Below, one piece after another: positions 1 to 9,234 of a stretch of 64,000 nucleotides of DNA; position 1 is the stretch's first letter, and every line of letters begins with the position of its first letter. Made by a program: the position numbers and the translations under genes. The DNA lies in the NCBI GenBank assembly GCA_049651845.1, contig JBASCW010000038.1:3543-67542 (forward strand), read 5' to 3'. The notes under the pieces are model-generated. The model was not told where the DNA came from. It worked only from the letters and a program-made list of their open reading frames with translations, and made no database searches. This DNA comes from Burkholderiales bacterium. Lineage in GTDB: Bacteria; Pseudomonadota; Gammaproteobacteria; Burkholderiales; SG8-39.

Positions 1-23
1 CAGGCCGAAGTAGCTGACGTAGT

Positions 24-1793
24 TCACTGTCGATAGCCCCTAGCGTCGGGCAAGTTGAGCTGCTCGAAGCGCTCGCGCGCCTCGTCGAAGCCTTCGTCCC
101 AGCTGCGGTCGCCCTGGATGATCGTCGGCTTGAGCAGGATCACCATTTCCTTCTTCACCACCGCCTTGTTCGCGCTGCCGAGAAGCCCGCCGAAACTCGA
201 GGTGGCGCCCGGCAACCCGCCCCGGCTGTCGCGCGTATCGAGCTTCATCAGGCCGCCGAGCGCGACGATGTTGCCGTTGCCCACGCGCACGATGGTGTCG
301 GTTTCGCTCACGTTGCTCTTGGCGAGCGGCAGCGTCAGGCTGCCCGCGGCGCCCAGGTTGATGTCCTTGTTGTCGGTGGTGACCTGGCTCACCGAAGGGT
401 GAATGTGCAGGATGATCTGGTCGTTCTCGTCGATCTGCGGCGTTACGTCCAGCACGATGCCCGAGAAGAAGGGCTGCACCGTGACTGTGGGTATGGGCGT
501 ACCCGTGGAAACGCCCGCAGCCGTGGCGACGGTGGTAGCCGACTGGATGTTGGTCACGAAGAACTCGTCCGTTCCCACCTTGAGCACGGCCTTCTGGTTG
601 TTCAGCGTCGCCACGCGCGGGCTGGAGAGCACCTGCGTGTTGCCCTGCGATTCGAGGAAGCTCATCAGCGCGGCGAAGCTCGCCGTCTGCAGCGCAAGCC
701 CGAATACCGAAGCGCCGCCGCCGAGCGCGAAATTGATCAGGTTGGCTCCCGGCAGCGCGCCAAATCCCCCGGTTCCGGGAGAGGGGCTGGCGGGCGACCC
801 CTGGACGGTCGCGCCCGTGATGAGCGGGCCGGAACGTTCCTGAAGTATCGTGCCTGCGCGCGCTTGTCCGATCGACGAGCCCGTGGTCGGAAACGCCGCC
901 CAGTTGATGCCGGACTGGAATCCCGCGGCCAGTTCGACGTCGATGATCTTGGCCTCGAGCATGACCTGGCGTTCGACCGCAATGCGCGTCGCGCGCAGAT
1001 ACTGCTCGACGTTGCGAAGTTCCATCGGGAGCGCGCGCACCAGCACCACGCCCGAATTCGGCGTGACCACGACGTTGCGGCCCTCGCCGGCGCCGACGAT
1101 GGCCATCAGCGAGCTGCGCAGGTCCGCCCAGAAATCGTTCTGCGTGCGCGTCGTGACGCGGCTGCTGTCGAGGCCGCGCGTCGTGGTTTGCGCTCCCGGG
1201 GGCGTGAGCAGGCCGCCCGCCGTCGCCACCGATCCGGGCGCTGACCCGGACCCGGTCGCGTCGGTCACCGAGCCGGACTGCACGCGCACGTCCGACAGGC
1301 CGCGGCGGTCGCCCATGATGTAGTTGACCTTGAAGATGCGCGTCTGCATTCCGGCCGAGTGGATGATGACGCGCGTGCCGTCGATCTTGTAGTCGTAGCC
1401 GAACAGCTCGCGGATCGAGTCGAGCGCCTCGCGCACCGTCACGTCCTTGAGGTTGATCGAGATCGCGCCCGTCACCGAAGGGTGCACCAGCATGCTGTAG
1501 CGCGTGCCCGATACGATCGAGTTGAACACCTGGTGCGCCGGGGCATTGTTCACCGACAGGTCGAAGCGCGGGTCGATCGGCTTGCCGCGGGCCGAGGGCA
1601 TCTCCATGCGCAGCGGCGGCAGCAGCGCCTGCTCGACCGCCTCAGCCTTCGGCTCGGCCGACTTGCGCTCGGACGCCGCCTTGCCGAGCTCGGAGCGGAT
1701 GGCCGGATCCACGCCGGGTGAGACCGGCGGCGGCGCGACGCAGCCGCCCAGTGCCAGGGTCAACGCCATCGCGACGACGATTCGTGTTTTCAC
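24..1793 (-). CDS. mshL: MSHA-type pilus secretin lipoprotein (MshL-like, GspD/PilQ superfamily)
   Basis: 589-aa ORF with a lipoprotein-type signal (LALGGC). It has a secretin core (VLSSPRVATLNNQKAVLKVGTDEFF, IVALGGLM) and is the last visible gene of the mshI-J-K-L block. Confidence 0.85.
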   Translation of the reverse strand: MKTRIVVAMALTLALGGCVAPPPVSPGVDPAIRSELGKAASERKSAEPKAEAVEQALLPPLRMEMPSARGKPIDPRFDLSVNNAPAHQVFNSIVSGTRYSMLVHPSVTGAISINLKDVTVREALDSIRELFGYDYKIDGTRVIIHSAGMQTRIFKVNYIMGDRRGLSDVRVQSGSVTDATGSGSAPGSVATAGGLLTPPGAQTTTRGLDSSRVTTRTQNDFWADLRSSLMAIVGAGEGRNVVVTPNSGVVLVRALPMELRNVEQYLRATRIAVERQVMLEAKIIDVELAAGFQSGINWAAFPTTGSSIGQARAGTILQERSGPLITGATVQGSPASPSPGTGGFGALPGANLINFALGGGASVFGLALQTASFAALMSFLESQGNTQVLSSPRVATLNNQKAVLKVGTDEFFVTNIQSATTVATAAGVSTGTPIPTVTVQPFFSGIVLDVTPQIDENDQIILHIHPSVSQVTTDNKDINLGAAGSLTLPLAKSNVSETDTIVRVGNGNIVALGGLMKLDTRDSRGGLPGATSSFGGLLGSANKAVVKKEMVILLKPTIIQGDRSWDEGFDEARERFEQLNLPDARGYRQ

Positions 1794-2203
1794 TTTGCGC
1801 CTCCGTGCGGACCGGGCCCTTGCGCTGCTGCGCCGACGCGCGCGCGGCTCGCGCCGCGCTTCACCGCGCGCTTTTCGACGCCGGGATACAGCTTGAGGGT
1901 TTCCGTCTCTTCGCCCTGCTTGAGCACCACTTCGGTCTCCGAGATCTTGACCAGCTGCGCGTCCCCATACGTTCCACCCAGCGGCACCATGGTGCCGTCG
2001 ATGACCGCGACCTTGCGTCCGCCCGAGAACAGCACGCTCTGCAGCTGCTTGCCGGCGGGCGGCGCCTCGCCTTCCTGCTCGGCACTCGCGCTTGGCGGCC
2101 GTGTCGGGTCGGCAAACGCCTGCGCGCGCGCCTCGGGCATCGTCAGCCAGCCGGCGGCGAGGATCAGGGCACCGAAAACTGCGGCGCTCATACGATCAGC
2201 CAT
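1790..2203 (-). CDS. mshK: MshK-like pilus biogenesis protein (small secreted protein)
   Basis: 137-aa ORF with an N-terminal signal peptide, sitting between the MshJ-like and MshL-like genes. It has a 4-nt overlap with mshL. An alternative ATG at 2191 would form an ATGA overlap with the upstream stop. Confidence 0.6.
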   Translation of the reverse strand: MADRMSAAVFGALILAAGWLTMPEARAQAFADPTRPPSASAEQEGEAPPAGKQLQSVLFSGGRKVAVIDGTMVPLGGTYGDAQLVKISETEVVLKQGEETETLKLYPGVEKRAVKRGASRARVGAAAQGPGPHGGAK

Positions 2204-2877
2204 GCGAGGTCGAGGCTCATCGTATAGACCGAGAGCTTCAGCGTCACCTTGGGATGCGCCGCCACCGCGAGATCGAGCTTGCCCCAGTACATCTGGCTTG
2301 GCAGCTTCTCCAGATCGCGCAGATAGTTGAGCAGATCGAGATAGGTGCCCGTGATCGTGATCTCGACGCCGTGCCGGTAGATCGTGCCGGGCGCGGCCGG
2401 CCTGGCGGCGGCGGGCTTCTCGGCCGCCGGCTTCTGCGCCGGCGCGGCCGGATCGATCGCCGCCACCGGCAGCGTGCGCATGTCGACGAGCTGCAGGCGC
2501 CGGTTCCTGCCGAGCAGCTCCTCGAGCAGCGCACCGATGCGCTCGTGCGAGACGAACTTGCGCTGCTCCTCCTTGAGCTTCACTTCGAGCTCGGCGGCGC
2601 GCGCGCGCTGGACCTCGATCCGCTTGCGCGTCGCCTGGTCCGGATCGGATTGGCGGGCGAGCGCCATCTGCTGGAGCTGCTCCTGCAATTTGCGGATCTC
2701 GCCCTGGCGCTGCTCGACGTCGCGCGACAGGCGCCGTTGCTTGGCGAGCTCGGGCTCGATGAGCACGCTGCTCGCGAGCGCGATCACGGCCACCGCGGCG
2801 GCGGCGAAGATCATCAGGCGCTCGCGCAGCGACGCGGCCTCCATCTTGGTCACGTACTGCAGCCAGAGGCGCTTCAC
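2188..2877 (-). CDS. mshJ: MshJ-like (PilO-like) inner-membrane pilus assembly protein
   Basis: The track ORF 2188..3645 is over-extended into an Arg/Ala-rich region. A GTG at 2877 overlaps the upstream stop (GTGA). The product has one TM helix (LMIFAAAAVAVIALASSVLI) and then a coiled coil, as in PilO/MshJ. Confidence 0.65.
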   Translation of the reverse strand: MKRLWLQYVTKMEAASLRERLMIFAAAAVAVIALASSVLIEPELAKQRRLSRDVEQRQGEIRKLQEQLQQMALARQSDPDQATRKRIEVQRARAAELEVKLKEEQRKFVSHERIGALLEELLGRNRRLQLVDMRTLPVAAIDPAAPAQKPAAEKPAAARPAAPGTIYRHGVEITITGTYLDLLNYLRDLEKLPSQMYWGKLDLAVAAHPKVTLKLSVYTMSLDLAWLIV

Positions 2878-3575
2878 TTCGCCCCCTTGGCGTCCGCGAC
2901 GGCGGGTGGCGGCGTCGCGCCGCGCACGGCGGAGATGCTGAACTCGACGTAGCGCAATGGCGCCGCCGGCGCCTTGGCGGCCGGAGTGCCGGCGCCAGGC
3001 GCGGCAGTCGGCTGCGGCTCGCGCTCTTCGCGCGCCGTAAGCCGCATTTCCGCGATGCGCCGGCCGCGCATGACTTCCTCGTTGTTCAGCGCGCGCACGT
3101 AGGCCGGCACGAGATCTGCGCGCAGCACCTTGCCGCCCAGTTGCAGATCGACCTCGTCGCCGCCGATGCTCACGCCGGTGAGCCAGACGCCGGCCATGGT
3201 CTGGCGCGCGAGCGCGCTCAGGTAGCGCGCGAAGCCCCCCGTGTTGCCGAGCGCGCCCGTGCGCAGCATCGCGAGCAGGTCCTCGCGCTGCTTGAGCTGC
3301 GCGGCCACGCGCGCGAGCTCGTCCTCGAGCGCCTTGCTGCGGCCCTGGGGCGAGAACTCGCGCGTGAACTTCGCGACCTGCTCGCTTTGCGCCTGCAGCT
3401 GCTTGCGGCTGTCGTCGGCGACGCGCGTGAGCTTGCGCGTCTCGAGCGTCTGATACGCGTAGAACACCAGGATGCCCGAGAGCAGCAGGCCCAGCGCCTG
3501 CAGCATCGTCACCGCAGAGAAATGCTTCTTCTTCTGCAGGAAGACCGGGTTGAAGAGGTTGATCTGCTGGGCCAT
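2874..3575 (-). CDS. PilN-like fimbrial assembly protein (corresponds to the C-terminal half of Vibrio MshI)
   Basis: 233 aa with the PilN-type N-terminus MAQQINLFNP, a single TM helix and a coiled coil. It lies directly downstream of the PilM-like gene. Confidence 0.65.
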   Translation of the reverse strand: MAQQINLFNPVFLQKKKHFSAVTMLQALGLLLSGILVFYAYQTLETRKLTRVADDSRKQLQAQSEQVAKFTREFSPQGRSKALEDELARVAAQLKQREDLLAMLRTGALGNTGGFARYLSALARQTMAGVWLTGVSIGGDEVDLQLGGKVLRADLVPAYVRALNNEEVMRGRRIAEMRLTAREEREPQPTAAPGAGTPAAKAPAAPLRYVEFSISAVRGATPPPAVADAKGAK

Positions 3576-3587
3576 GGGCGCTCGCCG

Positions 3588-4526
3588 TCAGAGCGTCTTC
3601 GTCTCGTGGCGCAGCGATGCGCCGACTAGGTGGAAGAGCTGCCATTGCGCGGCCGCGTCGGGCTGTTCGCGGCCGCCGAAGCTCAGCCGCTCGAGCAGAT
3701 CCACCCGCTCCACCGGCATGTCGAGATTCGCCTTCAGGTGCTCGTACAGGCCCGTATCCTCGGGCTCCGGCCCGAGCAGGACCTTCGCCACCGGCACGAA
3801 GTGGTACTGCCGGTCGAAATGGTCGAAGCTACGCTGCAGCTCCAGCACCACGCGGCCGAACAGCTCGTCGCGCAACTCCGGCGTGGCGCGCAGGATCTGC
3901 TTCATGCCGATCTCGATGCGCCGCGAGAGGTAGAGTTCGCCGCGGCAGGTGATGGTGAGCAGCCCGAAGTCTTCGTTGAAGTACAGCAGCGCGGCGCCGC
4001 GGCCCTCCGGCTCGTGCAGCGCCGAGATGTTGCGCTGCGCGACCTCCGGGATATCGATCACCGACAGGGGGATGCGCGCGGACTCGAAGGACTTGATGCA
4101 GCCGCGGATGGTGTCGTTGCGCGCGGCGACCGCGTACATCGCGTGGTTGCGTCCCGCCTGCTCGGATTCCGGCGGAATGTCGAGCACATCCACGGTCGCG
4201 TCATCCACGTGGTAGTCGAGCAGATCCTTGATGCGCCAGCGGATCGCGCTCTTCAGCTCCGCGGCGGGCACGGTCGGGGCCTCAACCACCAGCATCTGGT
4301 ATTCGCCGGGCCGCAACAGCGTCGCGCAGTGGTAGCGGTCGAAATCCAGCTCCTTCGCGAGCTTCTCGACCGCCCCGGGCTTGGCCTCGAACGCCGCGGC
4401 ACCGAAACGCGCGATCGCGCTCTTGCCCGTCGCCGCGTGGCGACCATGCACGAAGCGCAACTCGCCCTCGCCGAGGGCGATCGCGAGCCAGCCTGGTTCC
4501 CTCTGCGCCGTGCCAAACCATTTCAT
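3588..4526 (-). CDS. mshI: PilM-like / MshI N-terminal-type pilus assembly protein
   Basis: 312 aa, cytoplasmic, with an actin-like ATPase-fold pattern. It is the first gene of the I-J-K-L block, downstream of an AT-rich divergent promoter region. Confidence 0.65.
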   Translation of the reverse strand: MKWFGTAQREPGWLAIALGEGELRFVHGRHAATGKSAIARFGAAAFEAKPGAVEKLAKELDFDRYHCATLLRPGEYQMLVVEAPTVPAAELKSAIRWRIKDLLDYHVDDATVDVLDIPPESEQAGRNHAMYAVAARNDTIRGCIKSFESARIPLSVIDIPEVAQRNISALHEPEGRGAALLYFNEDFGLLTITCRGELYLSRRIEIGMKQILRATPELRDELFGRVVLELQRSFDHFDRQYHFVPVAKVLLGPEPEDTGLYEHLKANLDMPVERVDLLERLSFGGREQPDAAAQWQLFHLVGASLRHETKTL

Positions 4527-4864
4527 TGTCGCGGCACCAATAATGACCCCACTTTAAGATATAAGAGTAACATATTGTTGTCAATAGGCTTTTTACAACG
4601 GATTGGCGCCCGTTTGTGACGCCATCGATTTATCCGATTATCCGATCCGCTGGCAGCTTGCCCGGATCGGCCAGCGAAGTGGCCGCAATACTAGGTGCGC
4701 AAGGGGAGAAACGCTGTGAGCAATTGCAATGCGGCTGGAATTTGTGGGCCGTGCGGCAGCCGAAATCGAAAGAATGTGTCCGCTTCGAGCCTGGCGGCGA
4801 TGACCGGCGCGCCTGCCGTGACCGGCGCCCTTGAGAACCTGCGGTTCCCCGGTATTCTTGGCCG
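4527..4864. promoter_or_regulatory. Divergent mshI / mshQ-like promoter-regulatory region
   Basis: 338-bp non-coding gap between divergent genes. It has the lowest-GC stretch seen in the window (about 4530-4620). It contains the tandem TTATCCGA TTATCCGA (4630-4645), an 8-bp-stem hairpin CCGATCCG/CGGATCGG (4642-4670) and the direct repeat TGACCGGCGC at 4801-4810 and 4819-4828. Confidence 0.5.
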
Positions 4865-7800
4865 ATGCTGCTGAAGCGCGCGTTCCGTTTTTCCCTGGTG
4901 CTGCTGGCAGCGCTATCGCTATATGCACTGCGGGTAGGCAACGCTAGCGCGGTGATCACGTTTCAATCCGCCGGTGCTGTGAGCTACAGCGGCATTGTCG
5001 TTGCCACACCGGCCTACCCCGCCGCTGTGGCAGCGGGAGACCTGCTCATCTTGCTTGTCGGCATGAAGCCCTCTGGGGCCATCAATGGCTCGGTCCCGAC
5101 TCCCGAGGGCTGGACGCTGATTGCCACCGCGTCCGGCGGCGGTTACGGCGGCGTGCCCGCGGCGGACACTGGAGACACCCACGTGTTCGCCTTCTCCAGG
5201 ATTGCCGACGGCACTGAAACCGGAACGCTTGACGTACGGCTCGTCAACAGCAACGTGACGTGGACGCAGATCTACCGGCTCACCAATGCCACCATGGACT
5301 GGTCCGTCGCCGGCGCCACCGGCTCCGATAACAGTGGCACTGCTCCCAACAATAACGTCTCGATAACGATGTCCAGCAACCCCGGCGTGATCTCGGGCGA
5401 CTTCATTCTCGGCGCCATGGTAATTCCGACGGACGTCACAGTCGCCGGCGCGCAGTTCTCCGCGGAATCGTTCAGCCAGACCAGTGCGACATTCAGCGCA
5501 GCGGTCGAGATCTTGGAGCCGCGTTCGGGCACGGGCAACGACATCAGCGGCTTCGTCGCTCGCTCGTCGGTCACCGTCGGCACGGGCACCGGCAATCCCA
5601 CCCTGACTGCGACGGCCGCCAGCGCGTCCCCCAACAACGTGCGCGGGCCGGGCGTCTTCATCCGGGTGCGGGCCACCGGCGCGATCACCTATCAGGCGCC
5701 CGGGGCGATCTCCTATTGGGCCGCGACGGCGGTGGCAACGAAGGTATGTGCCGCGCACCCAGCCAGCGTTGCGTCGGGCGACCTGCTGGTCACCATCATC
5801 GGCATGAAACCCTCGGTCGCCAACAGCGGCTCGGTGACCACGCCTTCGGGCTGGACTGCCGTTTCCGGCGGCTCGCTGACGGGCGCGGGTGGCTACGGAG
5901 GCACACTTGGCGTGGACACGGGCAATACCAACGTGTTCTCCTACTACCGGGTCGCGACGGGTATCGAGTCAGGTGAGCGCTGCTTCACGCTGGCCAACAA
6001 CAACATCTCCTGGGCGGAGATGTACCGCTATTCCAGCACCACTGGGACATGGCTGATCGCCGGCACCACAGGCTCCGATGCCAATGGCACTGCTCCCAAC
6101 GATGACGTTTCGATAACGATGTCCGGCAACCCCGGCGTCACCGTGGGCGACCACATCCTCGGCGCCATGGTGATCCCGACGGACGTCACAAACGGCGCGC
6201 AGTTCACCGCGGAATCGTTCAGCCAGACCGGTGCGACATTCAGCGCAGCGGTCGAGATCTCGGAGCCGTTCTCGGCCACGGGTAATGACATCGGCGGCTT
6301 CGTGGCTCGCGCGTCGGTCACCGCAGGAGTGGGCACCGCCATTCCCACCCTGACTGCGGCAGCCGCCAGCGCGTCCCCCAACAACGTGCGCGGGCCGGGC
6401 GTCTTCATCCGCATACGGGACGAAACCGCCCAGACGCAGGCCGCGTTCCGCTTCTATGAAGACGGCACGGAGGCGGGCTCGACGGCGATCGGCGCGCAGG
6501 ACACCAACATCAGCCGCGATCTCACGGGCGGCAACAGCAACCTGCAGCTCCGGCTGCGAGTCCAGGAGATCAACGGGCTGTCCGGCGCGGCGACCGACGA
6601 TTACCAGCTGCAGTACTCCAAGAACGCGGGCGCCTACGCCAACGTCACGGGCGCGTCGGCGAACGTGCGGGGCTTCAACAGCGGCAGCCTGACCGACGGC
6701 GGTGCGACCACCAATCGCCTGACCGCCGGCACCGGCAGCTTCGTCGCGGGCGAGATTTCGCAAGACGGCCTGGTGGACGACCACCAGATCACGGCATCCA
6801 ACTACACCGAGCATCTGTATTCCCTGACGCTGATGTCGGCCGACCTGGCGAATGGCGATACGCTGGACTTCCGCGTCCTGCGCAACGGCGCAGCGTTCAG
6901 CAGCTACGCCGTCACGCCGCGCATCACGGTGTCGAAGGTCGTCCCGGGCAGTTTTAACGCGTTCGAAACAGCGACGGCAGCGCTGGAGATCACGGGAGTC
7001 ATCAAGACCAAGGTCGCGGGGACGGGGTTCAGCCTGGACGTGGTCGCGATCTCGGGGGGGGCGCAGCAGGTGGCCTTCACAAGCCCGGTCACCGTCGAGC
7101 TGCTCGGCAACGTCGCGACCGGCGTGTCGCTCGATACCGAGAATTGCCCGACCTCGTTCAGTCTGCAGCAAGCTTCAAATCCCGCCAATCCCACCATCAC
7201 GGGTGGACGCTCGACAGTAAGTTTTGACGCGGTGACGAACGTGTACCGCGACGTGCGCGTGCGCGTGCGATGGCCAACGTCGACTCCGACCGTAACGTGG
7301 TGTTCGACCGACAACTTCGCGATTCGGCCGGCGAGCCTGACCGCCGTCGAGGTGACCGACAACGACTGGGAAACCGCTACGCCCGGTACCACGCGCGCGC
7401 TCAACAACGTGGCCGCGACCGGTGGCATCGTGCACAAGGCCGGTCGGCCCTTCCGCATCGCAGCGACCGCGCAGAACAGCGCCGCGACGACCACGAGCAA
7501 CTACAACGGCTCTCCCACAGCGATTGGCGTTGCTCGGGTGCTGCCGACCGTGGGCGAATGCGGTGGCTGCACTGCCGGATCCGTCGCTACCGGAACCTGG
7601 AGCGCCGCGTCTGGCGTGGTAACCACCACCGACGCGACCTACAGCGAGGCAGGCTCGATCAACATGGTTCTCGAAGACCAGACCTGGTCCAGCGTGGACA
7701 ATAGCGATGGATCCACGACGGCGGAGCGCTACTTTTCCTCGCCCGCGTTCAACGTCGGGCGTTTCGTGCCCGATCACTTCGACGTGTCGACCAGCTCCAC

Positions 7801-8773
7801 GCCGCAGTTCCAGACCTTCGGCGCCGCGGACAGCGCCTGCCAGGCGCCGCCGTCGGGAAACAAGCGAGTCTTCACCTACGTCGGCCAGTCATTCGGCTAT
7901 GTCGCCGTCCCGGTCGCGACGTTCACGGGCAAGAACGCCGCCGGCGGCACGACCCTCAACTACGCCGGCAGCCTGATCCACACGGGCAGCATCAGCGCGA
8001 CGCAGACTTACACGCCGGGCTCGGGAACGCTCAGCGCGACCGTCGGCTCGCCGGGCATCGCCGCCGGCACCGCCGGTACCGGCACGGGCACCGTGACGAT
8101 CAACTCGGCCGATTCGTTCGCCTACGTGCGCAGCAACTCCGCCCCGCAAGCTCCCTTCAACGCCAGTATTTCGCTCGATGTGAGCGTTACGGATACTTCG
8201 GAGAATGCCACGTCCCAGGGGAATATTACGACGACGACCGCCGGCACCTTCTCGGCGATCGCCTTCGACTCCGGCAACCTGATCCGCTACGGTCGGCTGC
8301 GCATGCTCAACGCAATCGGCGTGGCGCGCGCCGCGCTGCCCGTGACGATCTGGACCGAATACTGGAACGGAAGCGGATTCATAACCAACACGGACGATCA
8401 CTGCACGACGCTTACCCGCGCGAACATCGCGCTGGGCACTTACTCGAACAGCCTGAACGCCTGCGAAACCATCGTGAACGTGAATCCAGTAACGTTCACC
8501 TCCGGTGTCGGCACGCTCGGCATGAGCGCCTCCGGGGCTGGCAACGAAGGATCGGTCAATCTGACGCCCCAGCTCGGCAGCACTTTCATCGGCAAATACT
8601 GCACCGCGGTCGGCGGCATCGGCAATGAGGCGGATCCGACGCCAGCGGCGAAGAGCTATCTGCAGGGCGCCTGGACGGGCTCAACCTACGACGAGAATCC
8701 GACCGCCCGCGCCGCCTTCGGCGTTTACGGCTCGCAGCCCAAGAACTTCATCTTCTTCCGCGAAAACTACTGA
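4865..8773 (+). CDS. mshQ: MshQ-like giant secreted pilus-associated protein (putative adhesin) with a tandemly duplicated N-terminal module
   Basis: 1302 aa with a signal peptide. It has two about 245-aa tandem modules, a beta-rich middle domain, and a C-terminal region (FNAFE..., ends FIFFRENY) that I recognise as MshQ-like. It is adjacent to and convergent with the mshP-like gene. Confidence 0.55.
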   Translation: MLLKRAFRFSLVLLAALSLYALRVGNASAVITFQSAGAVSYSGIVVATPAYPAAVAAGDLLILLVGMKPSGAINGSVPTPEGWTLIATASGGGYGGVPAADTGDTHVFAFSRIADGTETGTLDVRLVNSNVTWTQIYRLTNATMDWSVAGATGSDNSGTAPNNNVSITMSSNPGVISGDFILGAMVIPTDVTVAGAQFSAESFSQTSATFSAAVEILEPRSGTGNDISGFVARSSVTVGTGTGNPTLTATAASASPNNVRGPGVFIRVRATGAITYQAPGAISYWAATAVATKVCAAHPASVASGDLLVTIIGMKPSVANSGSVTTPSGWTAVSGGSLTGAGGYGGTLGVDTGNTNVFSYYRVATGIESGERCFTLANNNISWAEMYRYSSTTGTWLIAGTTGSDANGTAPNDDVSITMSGNPGVTVGDHILGAMVIPTDVTNGAQFTAESFSQTGATFSAAVEISEPFSATGNDIGGFVARASVTAGVGTAIPTLTAAAASASPNNVRGPGVFIRIRDETAQTQAAFRFYEDGTEAGSTAIGAQDTNISRDLTGGNSNLQLRLRVQEINGLSGAATDDYQLQYSKNAGAYANVTGASANVRGFNSGSLTDGGATTNRLTAGTGSFVAGEISQDGLVDDHQITASNYTEHLYSLTLMSADLANGDTLDFRVLRNGAAFSSYAVTPRITVSKVVPGSFNAFETATAALEITGVIKTKVAGTGFSLDVVAISGGAQQVAFTSPVTVELLGNVATGVSLDTENCPTSFSLQQASNPANPTITGGRSTVSFDAVTNVYRDVRVRVRWPTSTPTVTWCSTDNFAIRPASLTAVEVTDNDWETATPGTTRALNNVAATGGIVHKAGRPFRIAATAQNSAATTTSNYNGSPTAIGVARVLPTVGECGGCTAGSVATGTWSAASGVVTTTDATYSEAGSINMVLEDQTWSSVDNSDGSTTAERYFSSPAFNVGRFVPDHFDVSTSSTPQFQTFGAADSACQAPPSGNKRVFTYVGQSFGYVAVPVATFTGKNAAGGTTLNYAGSLIHTGSISATQTYTPGSGTLSATVGSPGIAAGTAGTGTGTVTINSADSFAYVRSNSAPQAPFNASISLDVSVTDTSENATSQGNITTTTAGTFSAIAFDSGNLIRYGRLRMLNAIGVARAALPVTIWTEYWNGSGFITNTDDHCTTLTRANIALGTYSNSLNACETIVNVNPVTFTSGVGTLGMSASGAGNEGSVNLTPQLGSTFIGKYCTAVGGIGNEADPTPAAKSYLQGAWTGSTYDENPTARAAFGVYGSQPKNFIFFRENY
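4955..5683 (+). repeat. Intragenic tandem repeat, copy 1 (aa 31-273 of the MshQ-like protein)
   Basis: Aligns end to end with copy 2. A 50-nt run at 5615-5664 is identical to 6362-6411. Confidence 0.85.
5684..6424 (+). repeat. Intragenic tandem repeat, copy 2 (aa 274-520)
   Basis: Same module as copy 1 (ITYQAPGA...GDLLVTIIGMKPS...SPNNVRGPGVFIRIRD). The 3' half is near-identical to copy 1 at the nucleotide level, while the 5' half is diverged. Confidence 0.85.
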
Positions 8774-8794
8774 GCGCGTGCCGGCGCGGCTCAG
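8770..8794. terminator. Possible bidirectional hairpin between convergent mshQ-like and mshP-like genes
   Basis: CTGAGCGCG / CGCGGCTCAG forms a 9-bp stem with one bulge and a 6-nt loop, and it embeds both stop codons. A TTTT run follows on the minus strand only. Confidence 0.35.
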
Positions 8795-9234
8795 TTCGTG
8801 ATATTGAGCGACAACTCGCGCTCCACGTAGGTGCTGGCAACGGAACCAGCCGGACAGGTCGGCTGATTGCATCCGTTCGACACGATTCGATAGGCTCTCA
8901 CCGATGACGCTCCCTCAGTAATGGTGGCGCTCGCCGTACAGGTTATCGTGGCCGTGAAGTTTCCCAGGGTGAGGCTGGAAGTCGTGGTCCCGCCGTTGCA
9001 GGCGGTCGTGAAAGTGCCGCCGGAATCGCGCAAGATCTGGTAGGCGCCCCACTCGATTCCGGCGCGTGCCGCCTGGTAGGCGCGCGCGGCATTGAGATCC
9101 GCCGCCGAGGCGGCCTGCGAAGTCGTCGATACCGTCATCAGATACGCAACGAGGCCCCCGAGCACGACGAGCAGGAACACAGCGGCGATGACGAGAAAGC
9201 CGCGCTGCCGCCGCTGACCGATCGTATTCTTCAT
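8791..9234 (-). CDS. mshP: MshP-like minor pilin-like protein
   Basis: 147 aa from the ATG at 9234; the track ORF is over-extended to 9492. The N-terminus is QRRQRG|FLVIAAVFLLVVLG, hydrophobic but lacking Glu+5. It has a 4-nt overlap with the upstream mshO-like stop. Confidence 0.55.
   Translation of the reverse strand: MKNTIGQRRQRGFLVIAAVFLLVVLGGLVAYLMTVSTTSQAASAADLNAARAYQAARAGIEWGAYQILRDSGGTFTTACNGGTTTSSLTLGNFTATITCTASATITEGASSVRAYRIVSNGCNQPTCPAGSVASTYVERELSLNITN

Noticed and set aside
2878-3645. N-terminal extension of the MshJ-like ORF. The same applies to the extensions at 9235..9492, 11175..11468, 24942..25115, 27262..27399, 28128..28505, 29508..30437, 32244..32816, 34863..35951, 37930..38028, 40249..41499, 45951..46424, 47366..49207, 50554..50976, 51588..52127 and 62305..62403.
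   Set aside because: The extended parts overlap the upstream gene in another frame and are Arg/Pro/Ala-rich. Each is preceded by a better start, either a start/stop overlap or a family-typical N-terminus.
4650-4662. Sigma-54-like TGGCAG...TTGC in the hairpin loop.
   Set aside because: The GG-to-GC spacing is about 8 nt instead of the required 12 (TGGCAC-N5-TTGC). A second candidate upstream of mshA (TGGCGGCGGGCTGCG, within 13338-13400 on the minus strand) is off register by one and lacks TTGC.
4616-4834. 72-aa ORF inside the mshI/mshQ divergent region.
   Set aside because: It has no SD and no recognisable fold or motif, and it spans the repeat and hairpin elements. This stretch is more likely regulatory DNA.
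4955-6424. A diversity-generating retroelement or phase-variation cassette as the explanation for the MshQ repeats.
   Set aside because: The window has no reverse transcriptase, no template repeat outside the gene, no adenine-specific mismatch pattern and no invertase or recombinase.
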